A stretch of 32,000 nt of DNA from Micrococcus luteus NCTC 2665 (GTDB taxonomy: Bacteria; Actinomycetota; Actinomycetes; Actinomycetales; Micrococcaceae). This document shows positions 25,557-32,000 of the stretch, piece by piece (position 1 is the stretch's first letter; each line of letters opens with the position of its first letter). The translations under genes were made by a program, and so were the position numbers. The stretch spans positions 1,860,001 through 1,892,000 of the forward strand of contig NC_012803.1 in NCBI RefSeq assembly GCF_000023205.1, written 5' to 3'. The notes under the pieces are model-generated. The model had not been told where the DNA came from. It did no database searches and saw nothing but the letters and a program-made list of their open reading frames with translations.

Positions 25557-26510
25557 ATGGCCGAACACCCCACCCCCACGACCTCCGACGCCGACGAAAC
25601 GACGCGCGTCGTCACCCCGCGCCCGGAGGAGGCGTCCGCCGTCCTGGACCTGGCCGACCGCGCCGGGGCGGCGGACGGTCATCCCCCGCTCTCGGACCAG
25701 ACGCGCGTGCTGCTCGCCCGCGGCGGGCAGCTCTGGTGGGGCGCCACCCAGGGTTCGGACGGGGCGATCGACGGGGCGGCCGTGCTCGTGCCCGAGGGCG
25801 CGGCGGCCGTGCTCGAGCTCGTCGTCGACCCGGCGGCACGCCGCATCGGCCGGGGGACGGCCCTGGCCGACGCCGCGGCCGACGCGGTCCGAGACCTGGC
25901 GCGGGAGGACACCACGAGCGTCTGGGCCCACGGCATGCTCCCGGGGGCGGTCCGGCTCGCCCGGCGGCACGGCCTCGAGCCCGTCCGCGAGCTGCGCCGG
26001 ATGCGCCTGTCGCACGCGGCGCTCGCCGCCCTGCCGGAGGTGCGGCTCGCCGACGGGGTCACCCTGCGCGGCTTCGTCCCCGGCCAGGACGAGCAGGCCT
26101 GGCTGGACGTGAACGCCGCCGCCTTCGCGGACCACCCCGAACAGGGCAGCCTGACCCGCGCCGACCTCGACGACCGCATGGCGGAGGACTGGTTCGACGC
26201 CGACGGCCTCCTGCTCGCCGCCCGCGAGGCGGACGGGCGGCTGCTCGGCTTCCACTGGACGAAGGTGGAGCCGGATGCCGGAGCCGACGGCCCGCGCGTC
26301 GGGGAGGTGTACGCCGTGGGCGTCTCCCCCGACGCCCAGGGCCTCGGCCTCGGTCGGGCCCTGACCCTGGCGGGGCTGCACCGGATGGCGGAGCAGGGGG
26401 TCGACGTCGTGGACCTGTACGTGGACGCGGACAACACGGCCGCCGTCGCGCTCTACACGTCCCTCGGCTTCGAGCTGTTCGCCGCCGACGCCCAGTACCG
26501 CCGCCCCTGA
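25557..26510 (+). CDS. mshD: Mycothiol synthase (tandem-GNAT acetyltransferase)
   Basis: The frame is 317 aa with two GNAT halves. The second carries [21 protein letters not shown]...[11 protein letters not shown]. The length and architecture match MshD. The start was trimmed to ATG 25557. Confidence 0.8.
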
Positions 26511-26519
26511 GACCCTCGG

Positions 26520-26577
26520 GCGGGGACCGGCCGGGCACATCCCGGCGGCCTCGTATCCTGGTGGGGCCGGTCCCCGC
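26520..26577 (+). other. Long-range perfect 13-bp stem with a structured 32-nt loop downstream of mshD
   Basis: gcggggaccggcc (26520-26532) pairs with ggccggtccccgc (26565-26577). An inner ccggg-cacat-cccgg hairpin is present. No U-tract follows. Confidence 0.35.
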
Positions 26578-26647
26578 GCGGCCGACCACGCCCCGTGCCC
26601 TGCCCCAGCAGTCGTCGCGGCCGCCGCACTCGAGAGGAACCCGCCCC

Positions 26648-27658
26648 ATGCCCTCGCCCCACGCCGACCGCGTCGCCCGCTGGTCCACGGAGGACCACGT
26701 CTCGGAAGGCCCCCGCGCCGAGGTGCTGGCCGCCGGCATGCTGCCGTGGCGCCGCGTGCCCGGCGGCCTCGAGGTGATGGTGATCCACCGGCCCCGCTAC
26801 GACGACTGGTCGTGGCCCAAGGGCAAGCTCGATCCGGGTGAGACGCTGCCGGAGTGCGCGGTGCGCGAGCTGCGCGAGGAGGTCGGCCTCGAGCTGCGGC
26901 CGGGCATCCCGCTGTGCGTGACCGAGTACGAGGTGCCCGGCAAGCGCGGCGCCCGTCAGAGCAAGGAGGTCTGGTACTGGGCCGCCGAGGTCGACGGCCA
27001 GCGCGCCCTCCCCGACGGCGACGAGGTGGACGAGGTCCGCTGGGTCGGGCCGGACGAGGCCCGGCGGCTGCTGACGAACGACTCGGATCGCGAACCGCTC
27101 GACCTGCTGCTGCGTGCCGCCTCTCGGGGGCGCCTGCGGACCGTGCCGCTGCTGGTGCTGCGCCACGCCAAGGCCAAGCCCCGCTCCTCGTGGTCCCGCG
27201 CCGAGCAGGAGCGCCCGCTGGCGGCGACGGGCCGGCGGCAGGCGCTCGCCGTCGAGGGCCTCGTGGCGGCCTGGCGGCCGGAGCGGCTGGTCTCCTCCCC
27301 GTGGCGCCGCTGCGTGGAGACGCTGGCCCCGCTCGTGAAGTCCAGCCGGCTGCCGCTGAAGACCAAGGGCGCGTTCACGGAGACCACGGCCCGGGAGAAG
27401 CCCAAGAAGACCCGCAAGGTGATGGCCGAGCTCATGGGCCGCTCCCGGCCGCTGGTCGTGTGCACGCACCGGCCGGTGCTGCCGACCCTGTTCGAGGTGG
27501 TCGAGGACGCGGCCGCCGGCCAGGCGGACCGCGTGCTGCGGGCCCTGCCGACCGAGGACCCGTGGCTGCGGCCCGGCGCCGTGCTCGTGGCGCACCGCGC
27601 GCTCGACCTCGACGGCGACGTGGTGGCCGTCGAGGTCTACGACCCCTGGGACGACTGA
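26648..27658 (+). CDS. mutT1: Nudix hydrolase fused to a histidine-phosphatase (SixA-like) domain, MutT1 type
   Basis: Nudix box: GKLDPGETLPECAVRELREEVGL. The C-terminal half carries LLVLRHAKAKPRS... (RHA catalytic motif of the His-phosphatase superfamily). A GAGAGGAA SD precedes ATG 26648. Confidence 0.85.
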   Translation: MPSPHADRVARWSTEDHVSEGPRAEVLAAGMLPWRRVPGGLEVMVIHRPRYDDWSWPKGKLDPGETLPECAVRELREEVGLELRPGIPLCVTEYEVPGKRGARQSKEVWYWAAEVDGQRALPDGDEVDEVRWVGPDEARRLLTNDSDREPLDLLLRAASRGRLRTVPLLVLRHAKAKPRSSWSRAEQERPLAATGRRQALAVEGLVAAWRPERLVSSPWRRCVETLAPLVKSSRLPLKTKGAFTETTAREKPKKTRKVMAELMGRSRPLVVCTHRPVLPTLFEVVEDAAAGQADRVLRALPTEDPWLRPGAVLVAHRALDLDGDVVAVEVYDPWDD

Positions 27659-27698
27659 GCCGCCCGCGCCGGACTCCGCCCGCACGACCGGGCCACCG

Positions 27699-27727
27699 TT
27701 GAGCGGGCCCGCCCCCGGCCCTAGGCT
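27699..27727 (+). promoter_or_regulatory. Candidate promoter TTGAGC - 17 nt - TAGGCT, 6 nt upstream of an ATG (leaderless GNAT gene)
   Basis: The hexamers lie at 27699-27704 and 27722-27727, and the ATG is at 27734. Confidence 0.4.
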
Positions 27728-27733
27728 CGGGTC

Positions 27734-28090
27734 ATGGAGAACACCGCCGCCCAGAGCCAGCCCGAGAAGATCGTCCACGAGCGCCTCACGGTGACCCGGG
27801 ACCCGGACCGTCAGCGCTTCGAGCTGCGCCAGGACGGGACGTTCATCGGGTTCCTCGGCTACGACCAGCAGACCGTGCGCGGCGCGGACGGCGAGGACAC
27901 CGTGGTCCTGCGCCTGCAGCACACCATCATCGACGAGCAGTTCGGCCGCCGCGGCTATGCCCGTGCCCTCGTGACCATGGTCCTGGACCGGCTGCGCGCG
28001 GAGGGTGACCGCATCGTGCCCGAGTGCTCCTACGTGGAGGACTACCTGCGCCGCTACCCCGAGTACCAGGACATGGTCTTCGACGGCTGA
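27734..28090 (+). CDS. Small GNAT-family N-acetyltransferase (YjdJ-like single domain)
   Basis: The 118-aa frame contains [49 protein letters not shown], the characteristic C-terminal signature of the ~100-aa GNAT subgroup. Confidence 0.75.
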   Translation: MENTAAQSQPEKIVHERLTVTRDPDRQRFELRQDGTFIGFLGYDQQTVRGADGEDTVVLRLQHTIIDEQFGRRGYARALVTMVLDRLRAEGDRIVPECSYVEDYLRRYPEYQDMVFDG

Positions 28091-28207
28091 CCGGGGGCGG
28101 GGCCCTGCCCTGCCGGCACCCGCCTCCCTGCCGTCCGGGCCGCGGGCTGGGATGCGGCCCGCCTGCACCGGGCCGTCGACGACGCTCAGCGCGTCCGCTC
28201 GGATCGC

Positions 28208-28213
28208 TAGAGT
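28208..28213 (+). promoter_or_regulatory. TAGAGT -10 element 7 nt upstream of the thyA GTG (candidate leaderless transcript)
   Basis: TAGAGT-gggccgg-GTG. There is no SD. Confidence 0.3.
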
Positions 28214-28220
28214 GGGCCGG

Positions 28221-29042
28221 GTGAGCATCCCGACCCCCTACGAGGACCTCCTCGCCGACGTGATGGCGCACGGGGCCGTCAAGACGGACCGGACCGGCAC
28301 GGGCACGCGCAGCGTGTTCGGCCGCCAGCTGCGCTTCGACCTGGCCGAGTCCTTCCCGCTGATCACCACCAAGCGCGTGCACTTCAAGTCGGTCGCGCTC
28401 GAGCTGCTGTGGTTCCTGCGCGGGGACTCGAACGTGCGATGGCTCCAGGAGCGCGGCGTGCGGATCTGGAACGAGTGGGCAGACGAGGACGGCGAGCTCG
28501 GCCCCGTCTACGGCGTGCAGTGGCGCTCATGGCCCACCCCGGACGGGGGCCACATCGACCAGATCGCCAAGGTCGTGGAGCAGATCCGCACGAACCCCGA
28601 CTCGCGCCGGCACATCGTCACCGCGTGGAACCCCGCCGAGGTGGACGAAATGGCGCTGCCGCCGTGCCACGCGCTGTTCCAGTTCTACGTCTCCCCCGGT
28701 CAGGACGGCGCCCCCGGGCGGCTCTCGTGCCAGCTCTACCAGCGCTCGGCGGACCTGTTCCTCGGCGTGCCATTCAACATCGCCTCGTACGCGCTGCTCA
28801 CGGTGATGGTCGCGCAGCAGACCGGGCTGACTCCCGGCGAGTTCGTGTGGACCGGCGGGGACGTGCACATCTACGCGAACCACGAGGAGCAGGTGCGCGA
28901 GCAGCTCTCCCGCGAGCCGTACCCGTACCCGCGGCTGCGGCTGCGGCGCACCCCCGCGTCGATCTTCGACTACGACTACGAGGACTTCGAGGTCCTCGAC
29001 TACCGTCACCACCCCACCATCACGGCGCCGATCGCCGTCTGA
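28221..29042 (+). CDS. thyA: Thymidylate synthase (ThyA)
   Basis: (V)[33 protein letters not shown]...[11 protein letters not shown]...[13 protein letters not shown]...[22 protein letters not shown]... The start was trimmed to GTG 28221. Confidence 0.95.
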   Translation: MSIPTPYEDLLADVMAHGAVKTDRTGTGTRSVFGRQLRFDLAESFPLITTKRVHFKSVALELLWFLRGDSNVRWLQERGVRIWNEWADEDGELGPVYGVQWRSWPTPDGGHIDQIAKVVEQIRTNPDSRRHIVTAWNPAEVDEMALPPCHALFQFYVSPGQDGAPGRLSCQLYQRSADLFLGVPFNIASYALLTVMVAQQTGLTPGEFVWTGGDVHIYANHEEQVREQLSREPYPYPRLRLRRTPASIFDYDYEDFEVLDYRHHPTITAPIAV

Positions 29043-29049
29043 ACCGAGG

Positions 29050-29625
29050 ATGCGCAGCGACCCCATGAGCCGGGCCACCCGTCCCACCGAGCCCGTAATC
29101 GCCATGATCTGGGCCCAGACCCCCGGGCGCGTCATCGGCCGCGACGGCACCATGCCGTGGCACGTCCCGGAGGACCTCGCCCACTTCCGGGCCCACACGC
29201 ACGGCCACCCCGTGATCATGGGCCGGCGCACGTGGGAGTCGTTCCCGGCGCGGTTCCGCCCGCTGCCCGGGCGCACGAACATCGTGGTCTCCCGCACCCT
29301 GACGGCCACCGAGCAGGCCGGCGCCCAGCTGCGGGCCGCGGGCGCCGTCGTCGTGCCGGACTTCGGGGCGGCCCTGGCCGCCGCGGCCGAGGCCGACGGC
29401 TGTGACACCGTGTGGGTGATCGGCGGGGCGACCCTCTACGACCAGGCCCTCGACGTGGCCTCGCGCGCCGAGGTGACCGTGATCGACGCCGACGTCGACG
29501 GCGACACGCACGCCCCGCCGCTCGACGCCCGCTGGCGGCGCACCGCCGTCGACCCCGCCCCCGACGCGTGGCTGGACTCCGCCTCCGGCCCGCGCCACCG
29601 CTTCGAACGATGGGAACGCGACTGA
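29050..29625 (+). CDS. folA: Dihydrofolate reductase
   Basis: IAMIWAQTPGRVIGRDGTMPWHVPEDLAHFRAHTHGHPVIMGRRTWESFPARFRPLPGRTNIVVSR...VIGGATLY. The start is ambiguous between ATG 29050 (7 nt after the thyA stop), ATG 29065 and ATG 29104. Confidence 0.9.
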   Translation: MRSDPMSRATRPTEPVIAMIWAQTPGRVIGRDGTMPWHVPEDLAHFRAHTHGHPVIMGRRTWESFPARFRPLPGRTNIVVSRTLTATEQAGAQLRAAGAVVVPDFGAALAAAAEADGCDTVWVIGGATLYDQALDVASRAEVTVIDADVDGDTHAPPLDARWRRTAVDPAPDAWLDSASGPRHRFERWERD

Positions 29626-29626
29626 C

Positions 29627-29857
29627 ATGGCCCCGACCGACTCCGACCAGCGTCTGCTCTCCCCGCAGGCGGTCTCGTTCCTCGCGCTCGTCGCCCTGCC
29701 CGTGCTGGCGTTCGTGTGCGCCGTGTTCGGGCTGATCCTCGTGCTGCAGGGCAAGACCCTCGCCGGCCTGGTGTTCCTGCTCGTGCTGACCCAGGTGTTC
29801 GCCGTGGGCGGTTTCATCGCGTGGAACAGGCGGAAGCGCGCGCAGCAGGGCCGCTAG
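29627..29857 (+). CDS. Small two-TM membrane protein, function unknown
   Basis: The 76-aa frame contains [26 protein letters not shown] and [22 protein letters not shown], followed by a basic tail [12 protein letters not shown]3 is near-uniformly G/C. The ATG is 1 nt after the folA TGA. Confidence 0.65.
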   Translation: MAPTDSDQRLLSPQAVSFLALVALPVLAFVCAVFGLILVLQGKTLAGLVFLLVLTQVFAVGGFIAWNRRKRAQQGR

Positions 29858-29867
29858 CCTGGAGGGC

Positions 29868-31040
29868 ATGACTTCCGCTGCCCCCGCATCTGTGAACGCC
29901 CCCGACGCGGCCGCCGTGCCCACCGTGGGCCTGGTCGGCTGGCGCGGCATGGTGGGGTCCGTCCTCCTGCAGCGCATGACCGAGGAGGGCGACTTCGCCC
30001 GCGTCCATCCCGTCTTCTTCTCCACGTCCAACGCCGGCGGCCCCGCGCCCGTGCTCGAGGGCATGGCCGGCGACCCGGGCGTGCTCCAGGACGCGTACGA
30101 CGTGGACGCGCTCACGGCCCTGCCCGTGATCCTCACCGCGCAGGGCGGGGACTACACGCAGGCCGTGTACCCGAAGCTGCGCGCCGCCGGCTGGGACGGC
30201 ATCTGGATCGACGCCGCCTCCACCCTGCGCATGGCGGACACCTCCGTGATTGCGCTGGACCCCGTGAACCGCGACGTGATCGACGCCGCCCTGGCGAACG
30301 GGACGAAGGACTTCATCGGCGGCAACTGCACCGTGTCCTGCATGCTGATGGGCCTGGGGGGCCTGTTCAAGGCGGGCCTGGTCGAGTGGGGCACCGCCAT
30401 GACCTATCAGGCGGCCTCCGGCGGCGGCGCCCGGCACATGCGCGAGCTGCTCACCCAGTACGCCGAGCTGGGCGGCGCGGTGCGGGCCGAGCTGGCCGAT
30501 CCGGCGTCGGCGATCCTCGAGATCGACCGCAAGGTGATCGAGCTGCAGCGCGGCGGCCTGGACTCGACGCAGTTCGGCGTGCCGCTGGGTGGCTCGCTGA
30601 TCCCCTGGATCGACTCCGACCTGGGCGACGGCGTCTCCCGCGAGGAGCGCAAGGCCTACGACGAGACCAACAAGGTGCTCGGGCTGACCGGGGCGGACCG
30701 GATCCCCTTCGACTCGCTGTGCGTGCGGATCGGCGCCATGCGCTCCCACTCGCAGGCCCTCACCCTCAAGCTCACCCGGGACGTGCCGCTGGACGAGGTC
30801 GAGCAGATCATCGCCGCGGACAACGAGTGGGTGCAGGTGGTGCCGAACACCAAGGAGGCCACGGTCACCGACCTGACCCCGATCGCCGCGACCGGCACCC
30901 TGCAGATCCCCGTCGGCCGGCTGCGCAAGCTCAACATGGGTCCCGAGTACCTCTCGGCGTTCACCGTCGGCGACCAGCTGCTGTGGGGTGCGGCCGAGCC
31001 CGTGCGCCGCATGCTGATGATCGCGACCGGGAACCTCTGA
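29868..31040 (+). CDS. asd: Aspartate-semialdehyde dehydrogenase, E. coli-type (long) subfamily
   Basis: [18 protein letters not shown]...PVFFSTS...QGGDYT..YPKLR...[10 protein letters not shown]...GGNCTVS...[16 protein letters not shown]...[36 protein letters not shown]. Confidence 0.93.
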   Translation: MTSAAPASVNAPDAAAVPTVGLVGWRGMVGSVLLQRMTEEGDFARVHPVFFSTSNAGGPAPVLEGMAGDPGVLQDAYDVDALTALPVILTAQGGDYTQAVYPKLRAAGWDGIWIDAASTLRMADTSVIALDPVNRDVIDAALANGTKDFIGGNCTVSCMLMGLGGLFKAGLVEWGTAMTYQAASGGGARHMRELLTQYAELGGAVRAELADPASAILEIDRKVIELQRGGLDSTQFGVPLGGSLIPWIDSDLGDGVSREERKAYDETNKVLGLTGADRIPFDSLCVRIGAMRSHSQALTLKLTRDVPLDEVEQIIAADNEWVQVVPNTKEATVTDLTPIAATGTLQIPVGRLRKLNMGPEYLSAFTVGDQLLWGAAEPVRRMLMIATGNL

Positions 31041-31097
31041 GCCGCGACGCCGGCGCCGAGGCGCCCACCCGGCCCCGCTCCGGCCCCCGTGCCCCCG

Positions 31098-31218
31098 TTT
31101 TCGTTCGGGAAACGGCGGGTGCTCGGGCGTCGTCGTTCGGGAAACGGCGCCCGCGCCGCCTAGGGGCGCCGTTTCCCGAACGAAAGCACTCCTGGGGGCG
31201 CCGTTTCTCGAACGAAAG
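31098..31218. repeat. Nested inverted repeat of four 17-23-nt units (two forward, two reverse, 32-nt period) between convergent asd and murB
   Basis: Forward copies of TCGTTCGGGAAACGGCG lie at 31101-31117 and 31133-31149. Reverse copies of GGGCGCCGTTTC(C/T)CGAACGAAAG lie at 31164-31186 and 31196-31218. Positions 31133-31152 are the perfect reverse complement of 31164-31183. Confidence 0.85.
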
Positions 31219-31225
31219 TGAGGGG

Positions 31226-32000
31226 TCAGAGGCTGGTGCCGATGATCATCGGCTCGGGGTGCAGCTCGACGCCGAAGCGTTCGCGCACGCCGTCGCGCAC
31301 GGTGCGCGCGATCGTCAGGACGTCCTCGGTGCTCGCGTCGCCGCGGTTGGTCATGGCGAGGGTGTGCTTCGTGGACACCGACGCGCGGCCCCCGGCCAGG
31401 CCGGTGCCGTCCACTCCGCGGCCGTCCGGCCCGCCCTCGCGGGGGGCGACCTCGGGCAGCCCGAAGCCCTTCGAGAAGCCCGCGCGATCGATCAGCCAGG
31501 CTGCCGAGAGCTTCACGAGCGGCGTCCCGTCCTCGGCCTCCCCGGCGGCGAACGCCGGGGCGCCCTCGGGCAGGGAGGCCCGCACGGAGGCGGGCACGAT
31601 CGGGTTCGTGAAGTAGCTGCCCGTGGACCACGTGTCGGGGTCCGCCAGGTCGGACACCATCCCCTTGGCGGCGCGCAGGGCCAGCACCTCGCGGCGGACC
31701 ACCGCGAGCGGGGCGTGGGCGCCCTCCTCGACGTCGAGCGCGGCCGCCAGCTGCCCGTAGCGGACCGGCGCCGTCGGCTCGGCGTCGGAGGAGGCGCGGC
31801 GCAGCCGCAGGTCGATCGAGAGCACGATCCACCGGGGACTCGGCGCGTCGGTCTCCAGCATGGAGCGCTTGATGACGGAGTCGCGGTAGCCGAAGCGCAG
31901 GTCCGCCGGCGTCAGCTCGACGACGTCGCCCGCCTCCCGATCCCACGCGCGCAGGGCGACGAGCACCTGCGAGACGTCCGCGCCGTATGCGCCGACGTTC
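31226..32000 (-). CDS. murB: UDP-N-acetylenolpyruvoylglucosamine reductase, C-terminal part (5' end beyond the right window edge)
   Basis: ...NVGAYGADVSQVLVALRAWD...YRDSVIK...GSYFTNP...KLSAAWLIDRAGFSKGF...VSTKHTLAMTNRGDASTEDVLTIARTVRDGVRERFGVELHPEP. The frame stays open upstream of the track's ATG at 31966. Confidence 0.9.
   Translation of the reverse strand, partial: NVGAYGADVSQVLVALRAWDREAGDVVELTPADLRFGYRDSVIKRSMLETDAPSPRWIVLSIDLRLRRASSDAEPTAPVRYGQLAAALDVEEGAHAPLAVVRREVLALRAAKGMVSDLADPDTWSTGSYFTNPIVPASVRASLPEGAPAFAAGEAEDGTPLVKLSAAWLIDRAGFSKGFGLPEVAPREGGPDGRGVDGTGLAGGRASVSTKHTLAMTNRGDASTEDVLTIARTVRDGVRERFGVELHPEPMIIGTSL

Noticed and set aside
31199-31218. TCGAAC within the asd-murB repeat as a LexA/SOS box (actinobacterial TCGAAC-N4-GTTCGA).
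   Set aside because: Only a half-site is present. The partner GTTCGA at the required 4-nt spacing is missing in all four units.

Overview
High-GC (roughly 70% or more by eye) actinobacterial, Micrococcales-like chromosomal core. No database search was possible. Positions 1-16.2 kb, all on the minus strand, hold the conserved transcription/translation supercluster: tRNA-Trp, secE, nusG, rplK, rplA, rplJ, rplL, rpoB, rpoC, rpsL, rpsG, fusA and tuf (5' part only). All genes are intact, and structured intergenic regions lie between the operons. Positions 16.3-32 kb are housekeeping or accessory metabolism. They contain an aspartate aminotransferase; a PspC-domain histidine kinase with a NarL-type regulator and a divergent PspC membrane protein; and pfkA translationally coupled to a GNAT-like hypothetical. 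They also contain a nitrobindin-ygfZ pair, two membrane/small-peptide ORFs, mshD, a mutT1-type Nudix/His-phosphatase fusion and a small GNAT. The segment ends with a tight thyA-folA-small TM-asd operon and the 3' part of murB. I see no transposase, integrase, CRISPR array, toxin-antitoxin or recognisable defence genes, so I cannot support a claim of a novel multi-gene system here. The ORF track takes the longest ATG/GTG frames, so several starts were trimmed to Shine-Dalgarno (SD)-supported internal starts. The many long antisense ORFs are GC artefacts. Five observations are most worth a second look. (1) A 121-bp nested inverted repeat of four evenly spaced units lies between asd and murB. (2) A canonical intrinsic terminator sits inside the ~220-nt rplJ leader. 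(3) The PspC three-component envelope-stress module has a candidate operator in its divergent promoter. (4) The Asd is of the E. coli type and is fused into the thyA-folA operon. (5) Several gene pairs show 4-nt start/stop overlaps, and several genes look leaderless.
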